NCBI GenBank assembly: GCA_963789265.1
Contig: CAWBKB010000007.1
Coordinates: 1-64,000 of the forward strand
DNA from: an uncultured delta proteobacterium
GTDB taxonomy: Bacteria; Desulfobacterota; Desulfomonilia; Desulfomonilales; Desulfomonilaceae
Direction of reading: 5' to 3'
DNA length: 64,000 nt
In this document: piece after piece, positions 8,974-19,464 of the stretch
Position numbering within the stretch: the stretch's first letter is position 1
Layout: every line of letters begins with the position of its first letter
The notes under the pieces: model-generated
What the model was told of the DNA's origin: nothing
Databases searched by the model: none
What the model saw: the letters and a program-made list of their open reading frames with translations, nothing else
Position numbers and translations under genes: made by a program

Positions 8974-11812
8974 ATGCCAAAATACAAGAATTTGCGCCGG
9001 AAATATTCCGATCTGAGAAAAGAAGCAGCGAGGGCACGGCGGACTAAGTTTCGCGACGTCCGTGATGTATCGACCCTCTCACAAAAAGAGGTCCAGCGAT
9101 TGGTGCAGGAGTTGCGAGCTCATGTAATCGACCTGGAGACGCAAAACAAGAAGCTCCAGGGAAACCAACGAGCACTCCAGGCCGCACGGGACAGGCGTCC
9201 TGAGTTCTATGACCTTGCTCCTCTCGATTACTTTACATTGGATCGAAATGGAGTGATTCTGGAAGCCAATCTCATCGGTGCCGATCTTCTGGGCATAGAT
9301 CGACAGTTCTTGATTGGAAAACCATTTTCTTTTTTTGTTGATCAGGATCATAGGAATACATTCTATTGTCACTGTGGAGAATTGTCCAAGAGAGACACTA
9401 AACAAAATTGCGATACAAAATTGACCAACCAAGATGGCGGGCAGTTTCCTGCACACTTGGAAAGCGTGGCACTCAGGGGTAGTGACGGCCGATGTGTTGG
9501 ATATCGAATTGCTGTCCTGGATATGACCAAGCAAAAGCAGGCCGAGGAATCTCTGATCAAGGCGAATGAAGAATGGGAATTGACCTTCAACACGGTTCCG
9601 GATCTCGTGATGGTGCTCGATGCCCAACACAGGATAATTCGGGCAAACAAGGCAATGGCCTCGGCCTTTGGGATGACAGAAGAGGCCCTTGTGGGCAAGC
9701 TCTGCTTTCAGCTTGTTCACGGTCAAAACGAACCACCTCCATTTTGCCCACATGCCAAGCTTCTTGGCGATGGGAGCCAACACTCAGTGGAACTGTGTGA
9801 GGCCAGCCTCGGAGGCACTTACGAATTTCGAGTGGCTCCGCTTAATAACTTGGAGGGGCGGCTCATAGGCTCGGTTCATATTGTCCGGGACGTTACCGCT
9901 CGAAAGCGGATGGAGGAGGCTCTGAGGCAGAGCGAGGCCATGCTGAAGAGCGTGCTCCGGGCCGCGCCGGTTGGAATCGGTCTTGTTGAAGATCGTATAT
10001 TCAAATGGACAAACGATTACCAGTGTCAGATGACGGGATACTCCAGAGAGGAACTTGTTGGACAGACCGCAGGAGTGCTGTACAGAAACTGAGGGGGAGT
10101 TTGAACGTGTACACGCTGTAAAGTACGCTGAGATCGAGACAAATGGCACTGGGACCGTAGAGACCAAATGGAGAAGGAAGGACGGAACGATTCTGGACAT
10201 CTTGTTGAAGTGTTCTCGAATCGATCCGCAGGATCTGTCAGGCCAAACGATAGTCTCAGCCTCGTTAGACATAACCGATCGCAAGCGGGCGGAGCGGGCA
10301 CTGACCGAATCGCAGGAAAGATTGCGCCGTATAATTGATTCATCCCCAATAGGAATAAATATCGTTCAGGACGGCAGGTATGTGTACGCGAATCCCACAT
10401 TTGTGCAAATATTCGGCTACGAAACTTCAGACGATATGATAGGTCTCCCTGTGGAGATGCTCTACGCCTCGGAAAGCAAGAAATCAGTTTTGGAGAAGTT
10501 TGCCGGTGGCACCGGAAAGGGAGATCGAGTCTCTCATTACGAAGCGACGGGCGTTACGAAGGCCAAGAAACTCGTTGACGTGGATGGTTGGATAACTTCG
10601 ATAGATTACTACGGGAAACAAGCCTTTCTTACATTCATTATAGACGTGACAGAGAGTAAAAGCCTGAGACTGCAACTCCTTCAGTCTCAGAAGATGGAGG
10701 CCATAGGAACCTTGGCCGGGGGGATCGCCCACGACTTCAACAACATTCTTACCATTATCCTGGGGTTCTCCGAATTGCTTCTCGTGAATAAAGAAAAAGA
10801 TCAGTTGGAGTATGCAGATCTTCAAAAGATACTCCATGCAGCGCGTAAAGGGTCTGATTTAATTCAAAGATTGCTTGCGTTTAGCCGCAAGGCCGAATCC
10901 AACCCTCGCCCGATTAATTTGAACCACCAAGTGGAACAGATTAAAGACATGCTGGCCCGAACAATCCCCAAAATGATTGAGATAGAGCTGGGGCTCGCCG
11001 ATGGTCTGTCCGCGACCAATGCTGACCCTACCCAGATTGATCAGGTGCTCATGAATCTTGCAGTCAACGCACGAGATGCCATGCCGGTTGGGGGCAAACT
11101 GACGATTAAAACGACAAACGTTACCCTGAATGAAGACTATTGTAGGGGACATGTTGGAGTGAACCCGGGTAATTATGTGCTTCTCGCTGTTTCCGACACG
11201 GGCCATGGCATGGACGAAGAAACATTGCGGCACATATTTGAACCTTTCTATACGACCAAGAAGGCAGGCAAGGGAACAGGCCTTGGATTGGCCGTAGTCT
11301 ACGGCATTATTAGGCAGCACGGCGGCTACGTCACATGCGACAGCCGGCCCGATGCGGGTGCCACGTTCAAAGTCTATCTGCCGGCAGTCCTGAACACGGC
11401 GGCATCGGAGAGGCCGACAGAAAAGTCAACGCTTTTAGCTGGCACAGAGACGATACTGCTGGTGGAGGATGAAGAGCCGATAAGAGACCTCGGAAGAAGG
11501 ATTTTGGAGCAGTCCGGCTACACGGTGCTCACGGCGTCTGACGGAATGGAGGCTCTGGACTTATACAACAAAGATAAGGATAGGATCGCTCTGGCGATTC
11601 TCGATCTCATCATGCCGAGAATGGGAGGCAAGGAGTGTTTCCGGGAGCTCCTGAAGGTCAACCCGCAAGTAAAGGTCCTGCTGACAAGCGGCTACACCTC
11701 CGGTGGCACCCTCAAAGACGCCACTGAACTCGGTGCAAGCGGATTTGTCGGGAAACCGTACGATATAGGACAAATGCTGAAGACCATTCGGGAAACCCTG
11801 GTTACCAACTGA
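8974..11812 (+). pseudogene. Multi-PAS hybrid sensor histidine kinase (PAS repeats-HisKA-HATPase-REC), split by a 1-bp insertion near 10084
   Basis: ORFs 8974-10092 and 10055-11812 join as VLY-ETEGEFERV if one A is removed from tacagaaact. LAGGIAHDFNN, NLAVNARDAM, GKGTGLGL and LDLIMP motifs. Real pseudogene or assembly indel. Confidence 0.85.
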
Positions 11813-11953
11813 TATGGGAACGGTTTCCAGTTCTGGCTCAAGATTGCCGGACTCCTATGCAGGGAGGGAGTGACCCCGCGAAACACGGCAAAAGTTTCGC
11901 GAATCGCCCCAAAAAATCTTTGCAACCAATATCCCGATTCAGGGAGGTGCCCC

Positions 11954-13185
11954 ATGAATCTTCACGGATGCACCGGAAAAGAAATGAGCGATGATTTACA
12001 AGAAGTGTGCGAAAGCGTGGCTGTCTCGGCCGAGTCGAAAGACAAACAATTGGGTGGAAATGTCCGTGAAGAGATTCTCATTGTGGACGACGAGCCGTAT
12101 ATTTGTGACCTTCTCGAACGTTGGCTTTCAGCAGAAGGGTTTCCATGCATTTGTGCAAATAGTGGGGAAACGGCTCTCAATTTACTTGCTGGAAAGAAGG
12201 TCGATCTCGTAATCAGCGACATCTCGATGCCCGGCATGTCGGGAATCGATCTGCTAAAGGCCGTCAAGACTATCCATGTTGATTCTGCCGTAATCATGGT
12301 AACAGCCATTGATGATCGTCAAACGGCTGTTCTCGCTCTCCAGTTGGGAGCTTACGGGTATCCATCAAACCCCTTGACCGGAATGAGCTGTTGATTAGCG
12401 TGGCTAATGCATTAGAGCGTCGTCGCACGGCTCTGGTGATGAGAGAGTACGAACGCGGCTTGGAACAGAAGGTCCGGGAGCGCACCGCGCTGATTCGCCA
12501 ACGGGAAGAGCAAATAATATTGCGACTAATATCTGCCTCTGAGTACCGGGATGACGAGACGGGGGCTCACATCCAACGTATCGGTCTTTACTCCTCGGTT
12601 ATGGCAAGAGAGTTGGGATGGGCACCTCAAGCGGTAGATGACATTCGTGTAGCGGCCCCTATGCATGATGTCGGCAAGATCGGCATTCCCGATCAGATAC
12701 TGCAAAAACCCGGCGAGTTGACGCCGGAAGAATATGAGATCATGAAAACGCACACCTTAATCGGAGGTCGTATTTTGGACAATCCTGACATTCCGTTGCT
12801 TCAAATGGCCAAGGAAATCGCGTTGTCACACCATGAAAAATGGAATGGCTCAGGATATCCCTGTGGTCTTTCCGGAGAGGCATTACCGGAATCCGGGAGG
12901 ATCGTGGCTATCGTGGATGTGTACGATGCCCTGGTTTATGACCGAATTTATAGACCCGCTCTTCCTGAAAAGGAAGCCCTTTCAATAATAGCTGAGGGCA
13001 AGGGGAACCATTTTGATCCGAGAATCTTGGATTGCTTTTTCAGCCTTCTTTCCGAGATACGGCGCATTCGTTCAGAGATAAAGGAAACCGGCGTAGTGTT
13101 GGCCGGACCGCCTGAAGAAAGGAAAACCGACGGTCGGCAGGGCCGTTCTTATCGTCTGCACGATGGACCGGCTATCTTCCGATAG
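11954..13185 (+). pseudogene. Response regulator with HD-GYP phosphodiesterase domain (RpfG-like), split by a 1-bp deletion near 12362
   Basis: REC domain ILIVDDEP...SDISMPGMSG; AYGY then frame change to IKPLDRNELL; HDVGKIGIPD, HHEKWNGSGYP. GGAGGT RBS before ATG 11954. Confidence 0.85.
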
Positions 13186-13228
13186 CAGTGTGATAACGGC
13201 CTGATCTCTCCAATCCAGGAAACTTGTA

Positions 13229-13494
13229 ATACCAATGCGCCATCAGACAAGTGACAATCATGGCGAGGATATGGTGGGGCATCCCACGCGGAACGCGGGA
13301 TTGCCTGCCATTCGTCACCCCGGACTTCGATCCGGGGATGTAGGGGCCGACCTTGTGTCTGCCTTCTTCCGGGCACCCACGAGAGGTGCCCCTACAATTG
13401 ATGCCCGCGTACGCGGGCATCAATTGTAGGGGCGGGTTTCAAACCCGCCCCTACCGGAAACACGGTGTCACTTGTTTGAAAGCGAATCGGCGTA
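13229..13494. mobile_element. MITE-like element with ATACC(A/G)AT-type TIRs carrying GTAG-family REP cargo
   Basis: Left end ataccaatgcgccatcagacaagtgac resembles the reverse complement of right end gtcacttgtttgaaagcgaatcggcgt. Interior is near-identical to 50768-50924. Confidence 0.6.
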
Positions 13495-13753
13495 AGATAA
13501 CTTCCGGCCGGGCCGGATGCGCTCGTCCCGTCGCATGGGTATCGAATAAACGGATTGGACTGCCGGGCGAGATGTTGCGCTTCCGTCTTGATCTAGGTGT
13601 TGGAAAAGTTCGTCTTTGACGAAAAAATCCTTTTCCCCGCCCGGGAAATATGTCATTTACCTTGGATATGGCACTCTTGGTCGAAGTGTCCTTGCGAGGG
13701 GGCAATTGTTTCGTTGAGGTAATCCGGAAATTAATGGGAGGATAATCTTAGCT

Positions 13754-14296
13754 ATGGTTGCCGAGAGAGAGATCAGTGCCAGGGAAATAGTAAACGACAT
13801 AGTATCCGGAATTGGAGACACCGAACTTATGGACAAGTACAGGCTGACCTTCAGGGGGTTGCAGAGTATCTACAGGCAGCTTGTCGAGTCAAAGGCAATT
13901 GAGTCGGAGTTCCTCATAGGCAGAATTATCCCTCAGCAAAGCGCAAAAAAAACAATTATAACAAGATCTCCTCGCAAAGAAATATACGCGCCGCTTCCGG
14001 TGGAGGACGCGACCAATCCCGATGTGCGAGGCACGGTCATAAATATCGGTGAGCGCGGCCTGGGAGTGAAGGGCCTAAGGACAATTATCGGTCAAGTAAG
14101 AAAACTCACCATAAGGCCCGATGAGTTCTTCCAGTTGAGACCTTTCACTCTAAAAGCGAAGTGCAGATGGGTAAAACCCGCTCATGATGAAAGGGAGGCG
14201 TCAGCCGGGTTCGAGATTGTAGCCATTGACCGCGAGAACTTGCAGGAATTGAGGATTTTGATTGAGACACTGGAGTATATGTTCCGTGAAAAGTGA
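13754..14296 (+). CDS. Protein with lineage-type N-terminal domain plus degenerate PilZ domain
   Basis: ISAREIVNDIVSG...LMDKYRL N-terminus; RSPR...NIGERG...CRWV...AGFEI PilZ-like pattern. Confidence 0.75.
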   Translation: MVAEREISAREIVNDIVSGIGDTELMDKYRLTFRGLQSIYRQLVESKAIESEFLIGRIIPQQSAKKTIITRSPRKEIYAPLPVEDATNPDVRGTVINIGERGLGVKGLRTIIGQVRKLTIRPDEFFQLRPFTLKAKCRWVKPAHDEREASAGFEIVAIDRENLQELRILIETLEYMFREK

Positions 14297-14317
14297 TGCG
14301 TTCGCTTTAGATTCTAA

Positions 14318-14478
14318 GTACAGGTTTTCATAAATGCGGTCGCGGATTTTCAAAGTGGAGATTGCTTCGTCGTTTCACTCCTCGCAATGACATTTCCACT
14401 ACCTGTCATTGCGAGCGTAGCGAAGCAATCTTCTTCCGTACCGGGTCATAACGCCACCGTATTTGCAAAAAGTAGTAC
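14318..14478. mobile_element. MITE-like element with GTAC termini, copy 2, containing a GTCATTGCGAG/GCAATC REP doublet
   Basis: TIRs gtacaggttttcataaatgcggt / accgtatttgcaaaaagtagtac; identical 3-bp flanks taa/taa. Confidence 0.65.
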
Positions 14479-14497
14479 TAAGGCATGGAGGACAGTT

Positions 14498-15007
14498 ATG
14501 GAAAAGCGACACATAAGCGGTCATGAAGTTATGCGGGATATCAATTCCGGGATGGACGACCGGGCCCTCATGGAAAAATATAAGCTCTCAACGAGAGAGA
14601 TCAATCTGCTCATGAAAAAGTTGATGGCGGCCAAACTTATCAGCGAGACCGAATTGGATGAACTTCAACTGCTGTGGGCACAAAAAAGGGGTTCGGTCTG
14701 GCATTGCCCCGCGTGTCGCATGCCGCAATCACATGAATTCGAGGAATGCCCCCAGTGTGGGATTATCGTGGCGAAATTCAAACGTGAATTTCCCCGGGAC
14801 GAGATTGAGGCCGACGCGGGAGGCGACGAAGTGCAGGGATTCGTCGATGTTCCACCCGAAGAACCGGAAGGCGAAGCGCCTCCCGACAATAGGCCGCCAG
14901 ACGTTTCAGCAGCGCCTGACCTGCATTCCAAATGCCCCGGGTGTAATTTCTCTCTGCCCTCGGATGCCAAATTCTGTCCATCATGCGGAACCAAAGTCTC
15001 GGTGTAG
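14498..15007 (+). CDS. Protein with lineage-type N-terminal domain and two double zinc-ribbon motifs
   Basis: GGAGG RBS before ATG 14498; CPAC...CPQC and CPGC...CPSC motifs. Confidence 0.75.
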   Translation: MEKRHISGHEVMRDINSGMDDRALMEKYKLSTREINLLMKKLMAAKLISETELDELQLLWAQKRGSVWHCPACRMPQSHEFEECPQCGIIVAKFKREFPRDEIEADAGGDEVQGFVDVPPEEPEGEAPPDNRPPDVSAAPDLHSKCPGCNFSLPSDAKFCPSCGTKVSV

Positions 15008-15147
15008 CCCGCGAACCACTTTTATTTAGTGAGAAACGTGATCCGGGCCGTGAGATCGCCCGTTTGTTCGCAGAGTCGTTCCTTAAAATCGGACAAATAT
15101 CTCTGTAATTGCTATAATTAGCCTACCCAAATGAAGAAGGAAACAAA

Positions 15148-16602
15148 ATGGCTTTGAAGACAGGCACCGAGTACCTGGAATCGCTGGAGTCACTGGACCT
15201 TAAAGCTAACGTGTTGGGAGAGAAGATCGACAAACCGGCCCGGCATGGACTCATAGGTCCTTCTCGACAAGCAGTAGCCTTTACCTATGATGCAGCCCAC
15301 GATCCACACAGTCGAGATCTGCTTCGCGCGGTTTCACACTTGTGCGATGACGAAGTCAACCGCTTCACGCATTTGCATCGGAGCGTGGAGGACCTGATCG
15401 CTAAGGTGAAGATGCAGCGCTACTGCGGGGCAATGACTGGCTGCTGCTTCCAGCGCTGCGTGGGCCTGGATGCGGCTAACGCCGTCTACAGCACCACCTT
15501 CGAGTGTGACCGGAAACACGGCACTCGGTTTCATGAACGCTTCCTTGAGTATTGGAAGTGGGTCCAGCAGAAAGACCTGGTGGTGGACGGAGCGATGACC
15601 GACCCCAAGGGCGACCGCGCGCGACGGCCCAAGGACCAGGTTGACCCGGATCTCTTTCTCCGAGTCAAAGACAGGCGTTCGGGCGGAGTAGTGATCAGTG
15701 GGGCCAAGCTTCACCAGACGGGTATGCTCAATTCCCACGAGATTCTCGTCATGCCCACTATGAGTATGCGTCCAGGTGAAGAGCCCTGGGCAATATGCTG
15801 CGCTGTGCCTACCGACACTCGCGGAGTGCGTTACATTTACGGCCGACAGGCCAGTGACACTCGAAAACTGGAGCAACATAAGCTGGATGTCGGTAACCCT
15901 GTCTTCGGCGGTCAGGAAGTCATGACAGTCTTTGAGGATGTGTTCGTTCCCGAAGACCGTATATTCCTGGACGGTCAAGTGGATTACACCGGCATGCTGG
16001 TAGAGCGTTTTGCATCTTACCATCGGCAGAGCTACGGCGGTTGCAAGGTCGGTGTAGGAGACGTGCTGATTGGGGCTACCGCCTTAATCGCGCGTATGAA
16101 TGGAGTTGATAAGGCCGGCCATCTCAAGGAAAAAATTGTGGATATGATCCACTTGAACGAAACCCTGTACTGCTGCGGTCTTGCCTGCTCCAGCCAAGGA
16201 TGGGCCACCCCCGCGGGGAATTACCAGGTTGATCTACTGTTGGCAAATGTGTGTAAGCTAAACGTCACCCGCTTCCCGTACGAGATAGCTCGTCTGGCCA
16301 CGGATGTTGCCGGAGGCCTATTGGGTACGATGCCCTCGGACGCGGACCTCAACGATCCGGAGACCGGGCCTTACATCAGGAAATACCTGGCAGCCAATCC
16401 TGAATACCAGGTGGTTGATCGCATGAAGGTTCTAAGACTGATTGAAAACTTGACCGCCGGTGCCGGAGCGGTGGGGTACCTGATCGAGTCCATGCACGGA
16501 GCAGGTCCGCCGGCTGCTCAGCGAATCATGATAGCCAGACAGGCGGGTCTGGATGAAAAGATGCAGCGGGTGATGAACCTTTTGTCCATACCCGGACAAT
16601 GA
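15148..16602 (+). CDS. abfD: 4-hydroxybutyryl-CoA dehydratase-like FAD/[4Fe-4S] enzyme (HpaB/AbfD family)
   Basis: CFQRCVG, MTDPKGDR, HRQSYGGCK and ESMHGAG motifs preserve the Cys/His cluster-ligand pattern of AbfD. Confidence 0.85.
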   Translation: MALKTGTEYLESLESLDLKANVLGEKIDKPARHGLIGPSRQAVAFTYDAAHDPHSRDLLRAVSHLCDDEVNRFTHLHRSVEDLIAKVKMQRYCGAMTGCCFQRCVGLDAANAVYSTTFECDRKHGTRFHERFLEYWKWVQQKDLVVDGAMTDPKGDRARRPKDQVDPDLFLRVKDRRSGGVVISGAKLHQTGMLNSHEILVMPTMSMRPGEEPWAICCAVPTDTRGVRYIYGRQASDTRKLEQHKLDVGNPVFGGQEVMTVFEDVFVPEDRIFLDGQVDYTGMLVERFASYHRQSYGGCKVGVGDVLIGATALIARMNGVDKAGHLKEKIVDMIHLNETLYCCGLACSSQGWATPAGNYQVDLLLANVCKLNVTRFPYEIARLATDVAGGLLGTMPSDADLNDPETGPYIRKYLAANPEYQVVDRMKVLRLIENLTAGAGAVGYLIESMHGAGPPAAQRIMIARQAGLDEKMQRVMNLLSIPGQ

Positions 16603-16672
16603 TTTGACCCGTAGATGCCATGACGAGTGGTCGCGGCTGTAGTGGAGAATAATCGAACCGGGAGGCCCTTGC

Positions 16673-17128
16673 GTGGCACCTGAAATCAGACCGATTTGGG
16701 AAACTTACCGGCTTTATTTTTGTGCAGTTGGCGGAGCTTTAATTGGAGGTCTTTCAGTTTTCATAGTCATGACCGGCTTCGATGGATGGCTTCCGGCAAA
16801 ACACAGCCAAACGGCCCAGGTAGCGTCTTCTTTTGTCACCTCGACCGGCCGCGGGCTCGAACAGGCCGAGCTGCTCATTGGAATACTTGAAGAGATAGCT
16901 GCCGAAGAATCCGAGGGAAGGTCGGGCACTCTTTCGAGTTCGTCGGAATATCAGAAGTGCTTGGGCGATTGCGATAGAGATTTCGGGGACATGAAACAAT
17001 CCAGCAAGGCAGTTCTGATCAATTGTAGGAAAGAGTGCATCGCTCTATACGCCGAGCACGTTAGAGAGATTCGCAAACGGTATCACGGCGATGGAGGGCG
17101 GGACCGAGGAAAGGGAATGGAACCATGA
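16673..17128 (+). CDS. Hypothetical membrane-anchored protein with twin CX3C motifs
   Basis: GGAGG RBS, N-terminal TM helix, CLGDC and CRKEC; overlaps the next gene by ATGA. Confidence 0.6.
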   Translation: MAPEIRPIWETYRLYFCAVGGALIGGLSVFIVMTGFDGWLPAKHSQTAQVASSFVTSTGRGLEQAELLIGILEEIAAEESEGRSGTLSSSSEYQKCLGDCDRDFGDMKQSSKAVLINCRKECIALYAEHVREIRKRYHGDGGRDRGKGMEP

Positions 17129-17622
17129 AAAGAATGTCTTCCGCGTGGCTGATTTTTTTGCCGGCGCTGGCCATCATTGCTTGGGGAACAGTCGTGACCG
17201 CGGCTCAAAATACAGCACCGTCGGACCAAGAAAAGTTGGACATGGCCCGCACCCTGGGAGTTAATCCAGCATTATGCGCCGGTCTTCAGGATCGAATCAA
17301 TGCAGTCGTAGCTATCTATAAGTCATCTAACAGTGATAGCCAGAAAATAGCGGCCCTCACGAAGGCGATCAATCAGTCTATGGTAGAAATACAGAAAGCA
17401 GCGTCACAGGATCCTGAGATCGAAAGTGCCATCAAACCTCAGCTCGCTCTGATTCAGGAACTCATGGTCGCAGCGCCGTTGTCGGCCTCCGGCGACGACA
17501 AGAAAGTTTCAGCCGCGGCAAAGGACGACTTACAGAAAATTAAAATCATGACAAAAGGTTATGTGAACATGATGAAACTTATGTGCCCCAAGTTAACTTT
17601 ACCGGAGGTGATGAACAAGTAG
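17125..17622 (+). CDS. Hypothetical exported helical protein
   Basis: Signal-peptide-like N-terminus; translationally coupled to the upstream gene. Confidence 0.65.
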   Translation: MKRMSSAWLIFLPALAIIAWGTVVTAAQNTAPSDQEKLDMARTLGVNPALCAGLQDRINAVVAIYKSSNSDSQKIAALTKAINQSMVEIQKAASQDPEIESAIKPQLALIQELMVAAPLSASGDDKKVSAAAKDDLQKIKIMTKGYVNMMKLMCPKLTLPEVMNK

Positions 17623-18208
17623 CCGCGTCACCTGAGGTCTAGGGACTGAATACTGGAAGAGCACCCAAGGAAGAAGGGGCAGCAGCCACGAATGACAAGC
17701 TCTATACGAACTCCAAGGAAAAATGGAAGGCATACTCCCGTTCTCAATATGCAGCACTACGGCAAACAGATGGTTTACAGCCTGAGACCGGCCAAGAATC
17801 GCAGCAGGCGACAATGTTATTCCTGATATTCCACCAGAGCCCTCGGCCCTCTTCTCGAGAAATCATACAACCATAAATGGCCTGACGCCTTAAAGAAAAT
17901 ACACCCCATATTTTCATGTCATGGTATCTTTGGGGGGCCACTTACAAACATTGCGCTTCTTTGCCTCTCGCACATCGGACCACAAAGCGATTAAACCCGC
18001 ATCCGATGATTGGCGCGAGATACTGGAAATAGAAAAGCAGGATTGGAGCAGATCGAACGCTCGGAAATACCGACCGCTGTTACAACCCAAACGGACCGGC
18101 CGGATGAGAGCACTGAATCAATATTGCCTGCTGCAAACAAATCGGTTGGATTATCACAGCGTTTGAAGACTCTGAACGTATTTCGATGCATCGAACAAGG
18201 AGGACGGT

Positions 18209-19393
18209 GTGAAAAGAAAGAGCCTGACGGTCTGCGCGATTGGTCTTTTTGCAATCGGCGTTATGGTCGTGTCGGCGTTTGCACAGAAAGAGCAGTTCGT
18301 TCTGGGACTGCTTCTCGTCGGGCCGTATAACGACAAAGGGTGGAGCCAGGCACACTATGAAGCAGGCAAGTATGTCGAAAAAAAGGTGCCGGGCGTGAAG
18401 ATGATCTACCTGGACAACGTCAACCCTGCCGGCCGTCCCGGATTCACAGTTCCGCAGTTGGTAGATGACATGGTGGCTCAAGGGGCACAGCTTATCATCG
18501 CCACTTCCGACGACATGAAAGACGGGATTCGTGAGGCGGCCAAGAAGCATCCTCGAATCGCTTTCATTCACGTGTCCGGGGACGATGTGTGGACCAAGAA
18601 GGCTCCGCCGAATCTGGGCAACCTTATGGGCAGGATGGAGTACCCAAAGATGATGGCCGGCCTGACAGCGGCCTTGACCACGAAAACCGGAAAGATAGGC
18701 TACCTGGGGCCTCTCATCAATGACGAGACCCGTCGGCTGGTCAACTCCTGCTACTTGGGAGCTGCCTATGCCTGGACTAAAGTGCGCAAACGGCCAATTT
18801 CAGAGCTTAAGTTCCAAGTGAGCTGGATCGGCTTCTGGTTTAACATCCCCGGAGTAACTTCAGACCCTACCCAGGTCGCATCCAAGTTCTTCGACACCGG
18901 TGCCGATGTGGTCATCTCGGGGCTGGACACCCCCGAAGCCTCTAACGTAGCCGTGCAAAAGCGAAAAGCCGGCCGTCAAGTGTGGGCCATTCCGTACGAT
19001 TACCGCGGCGCCTGTCGAGGCGTGGAGAAGATCTGTCTAGGTGTGCCTTACTTCAACTGGGGTCCGTCTTACGTCAAAATCGTGAAGGCAGTACGCAACC
19101 GAACTTGGCGACCCGACTTCGTTTGGGCCGGGCCCGACTGGAAGGACATTAACAATCCGGACACGAGTTCCGTGGGCTTCCTTCCTGGAGCCGCTCTCTC
19201 GCCGGAAACGAAAGCGCAATTGGACCGGTTCATCCGCGGCCTTGCTTCGGGGGAAATCAACTTGTTCAACGGTCCGTTGGAGTTTCAGGACGGGACTCTG
19301 TTCCTCAAGGCCGGGGAAACTGCCTCGGATCGGCAGTTATGGTACCAGACACAACTGCTCAAAGGTATAGAGGGTCAGAGCAAAGCAAAGTGA
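18209..19393 (+). CDS. BMP-family (PnrA-like) ABC substrate-binding protein
   Basis: LVGPYNDKGWSQAHYEA, TKTGKIGYLG, GADVVISG and YFNWGP motifs; GGAGG RBS. Confidence 0.88.
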   Translation: MKRKSLTVCAIGLFAIGVMVVSAFAQKEQFVLGLLLVGPYNDKGWSQAHYEAGKYVEKKVPGVKMIYLDNVNPAGRPGFTVPQLVDDMVAQGAQLIIATSDDMKDGIREAAKKHPRIAFIHVSGDDVWTKKAPPNLGNLMGRMEYPKMMAGLTAALTTKTGKIGYLGPLINDETRRLVNSCYLGAAYAWTKVRKRPISELKFQVSWIGFWFNIPGVTSDPTQVASKFFDTGADVVISGLDTPEASNVAVQKRKAGRQVWAIPYDYRGACRGVEKICLGVPYFNWGPSYVKIVKAVRNRTWRPDFVWAGPDWKDINNPDTSSVGFLPGAALSPETKAQLDRFIRGLASGEINLFNGPLEFQDGTLFLKAGETASDRQLWYQTQLLKGIEGQSKAK

Positions 19394-19464
19394 GCGTACT
19401 ACTGCTCGGGACGCAGGAAATCATACTGGTTTAGTGCCCGGGAGTGCATTAAGGTTTATCAAAC

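Noticed and set aside
10075..10100. Programmed ribosomal frameshift in the kinase
   Set aside because: No slippery heptamer or stimulatory structure; a simple 1-bp insertion explains it.
14387..14497. N-terminal extension MTFPLPVIASVAKQS of the zinc-ribbon protein (likewise 55813-55842 and 57501-57575)
   Set aside because: These are translations of REP/MITE DNA; better-supported starts lie downstream.
17623..18208. c-di-GMP or purine riboswitch before the BMP transporter
   Set aside because: A GGCAAAC is present but the GAAA...GACGCAAAG continuation and purine aptamer motifs are absent.
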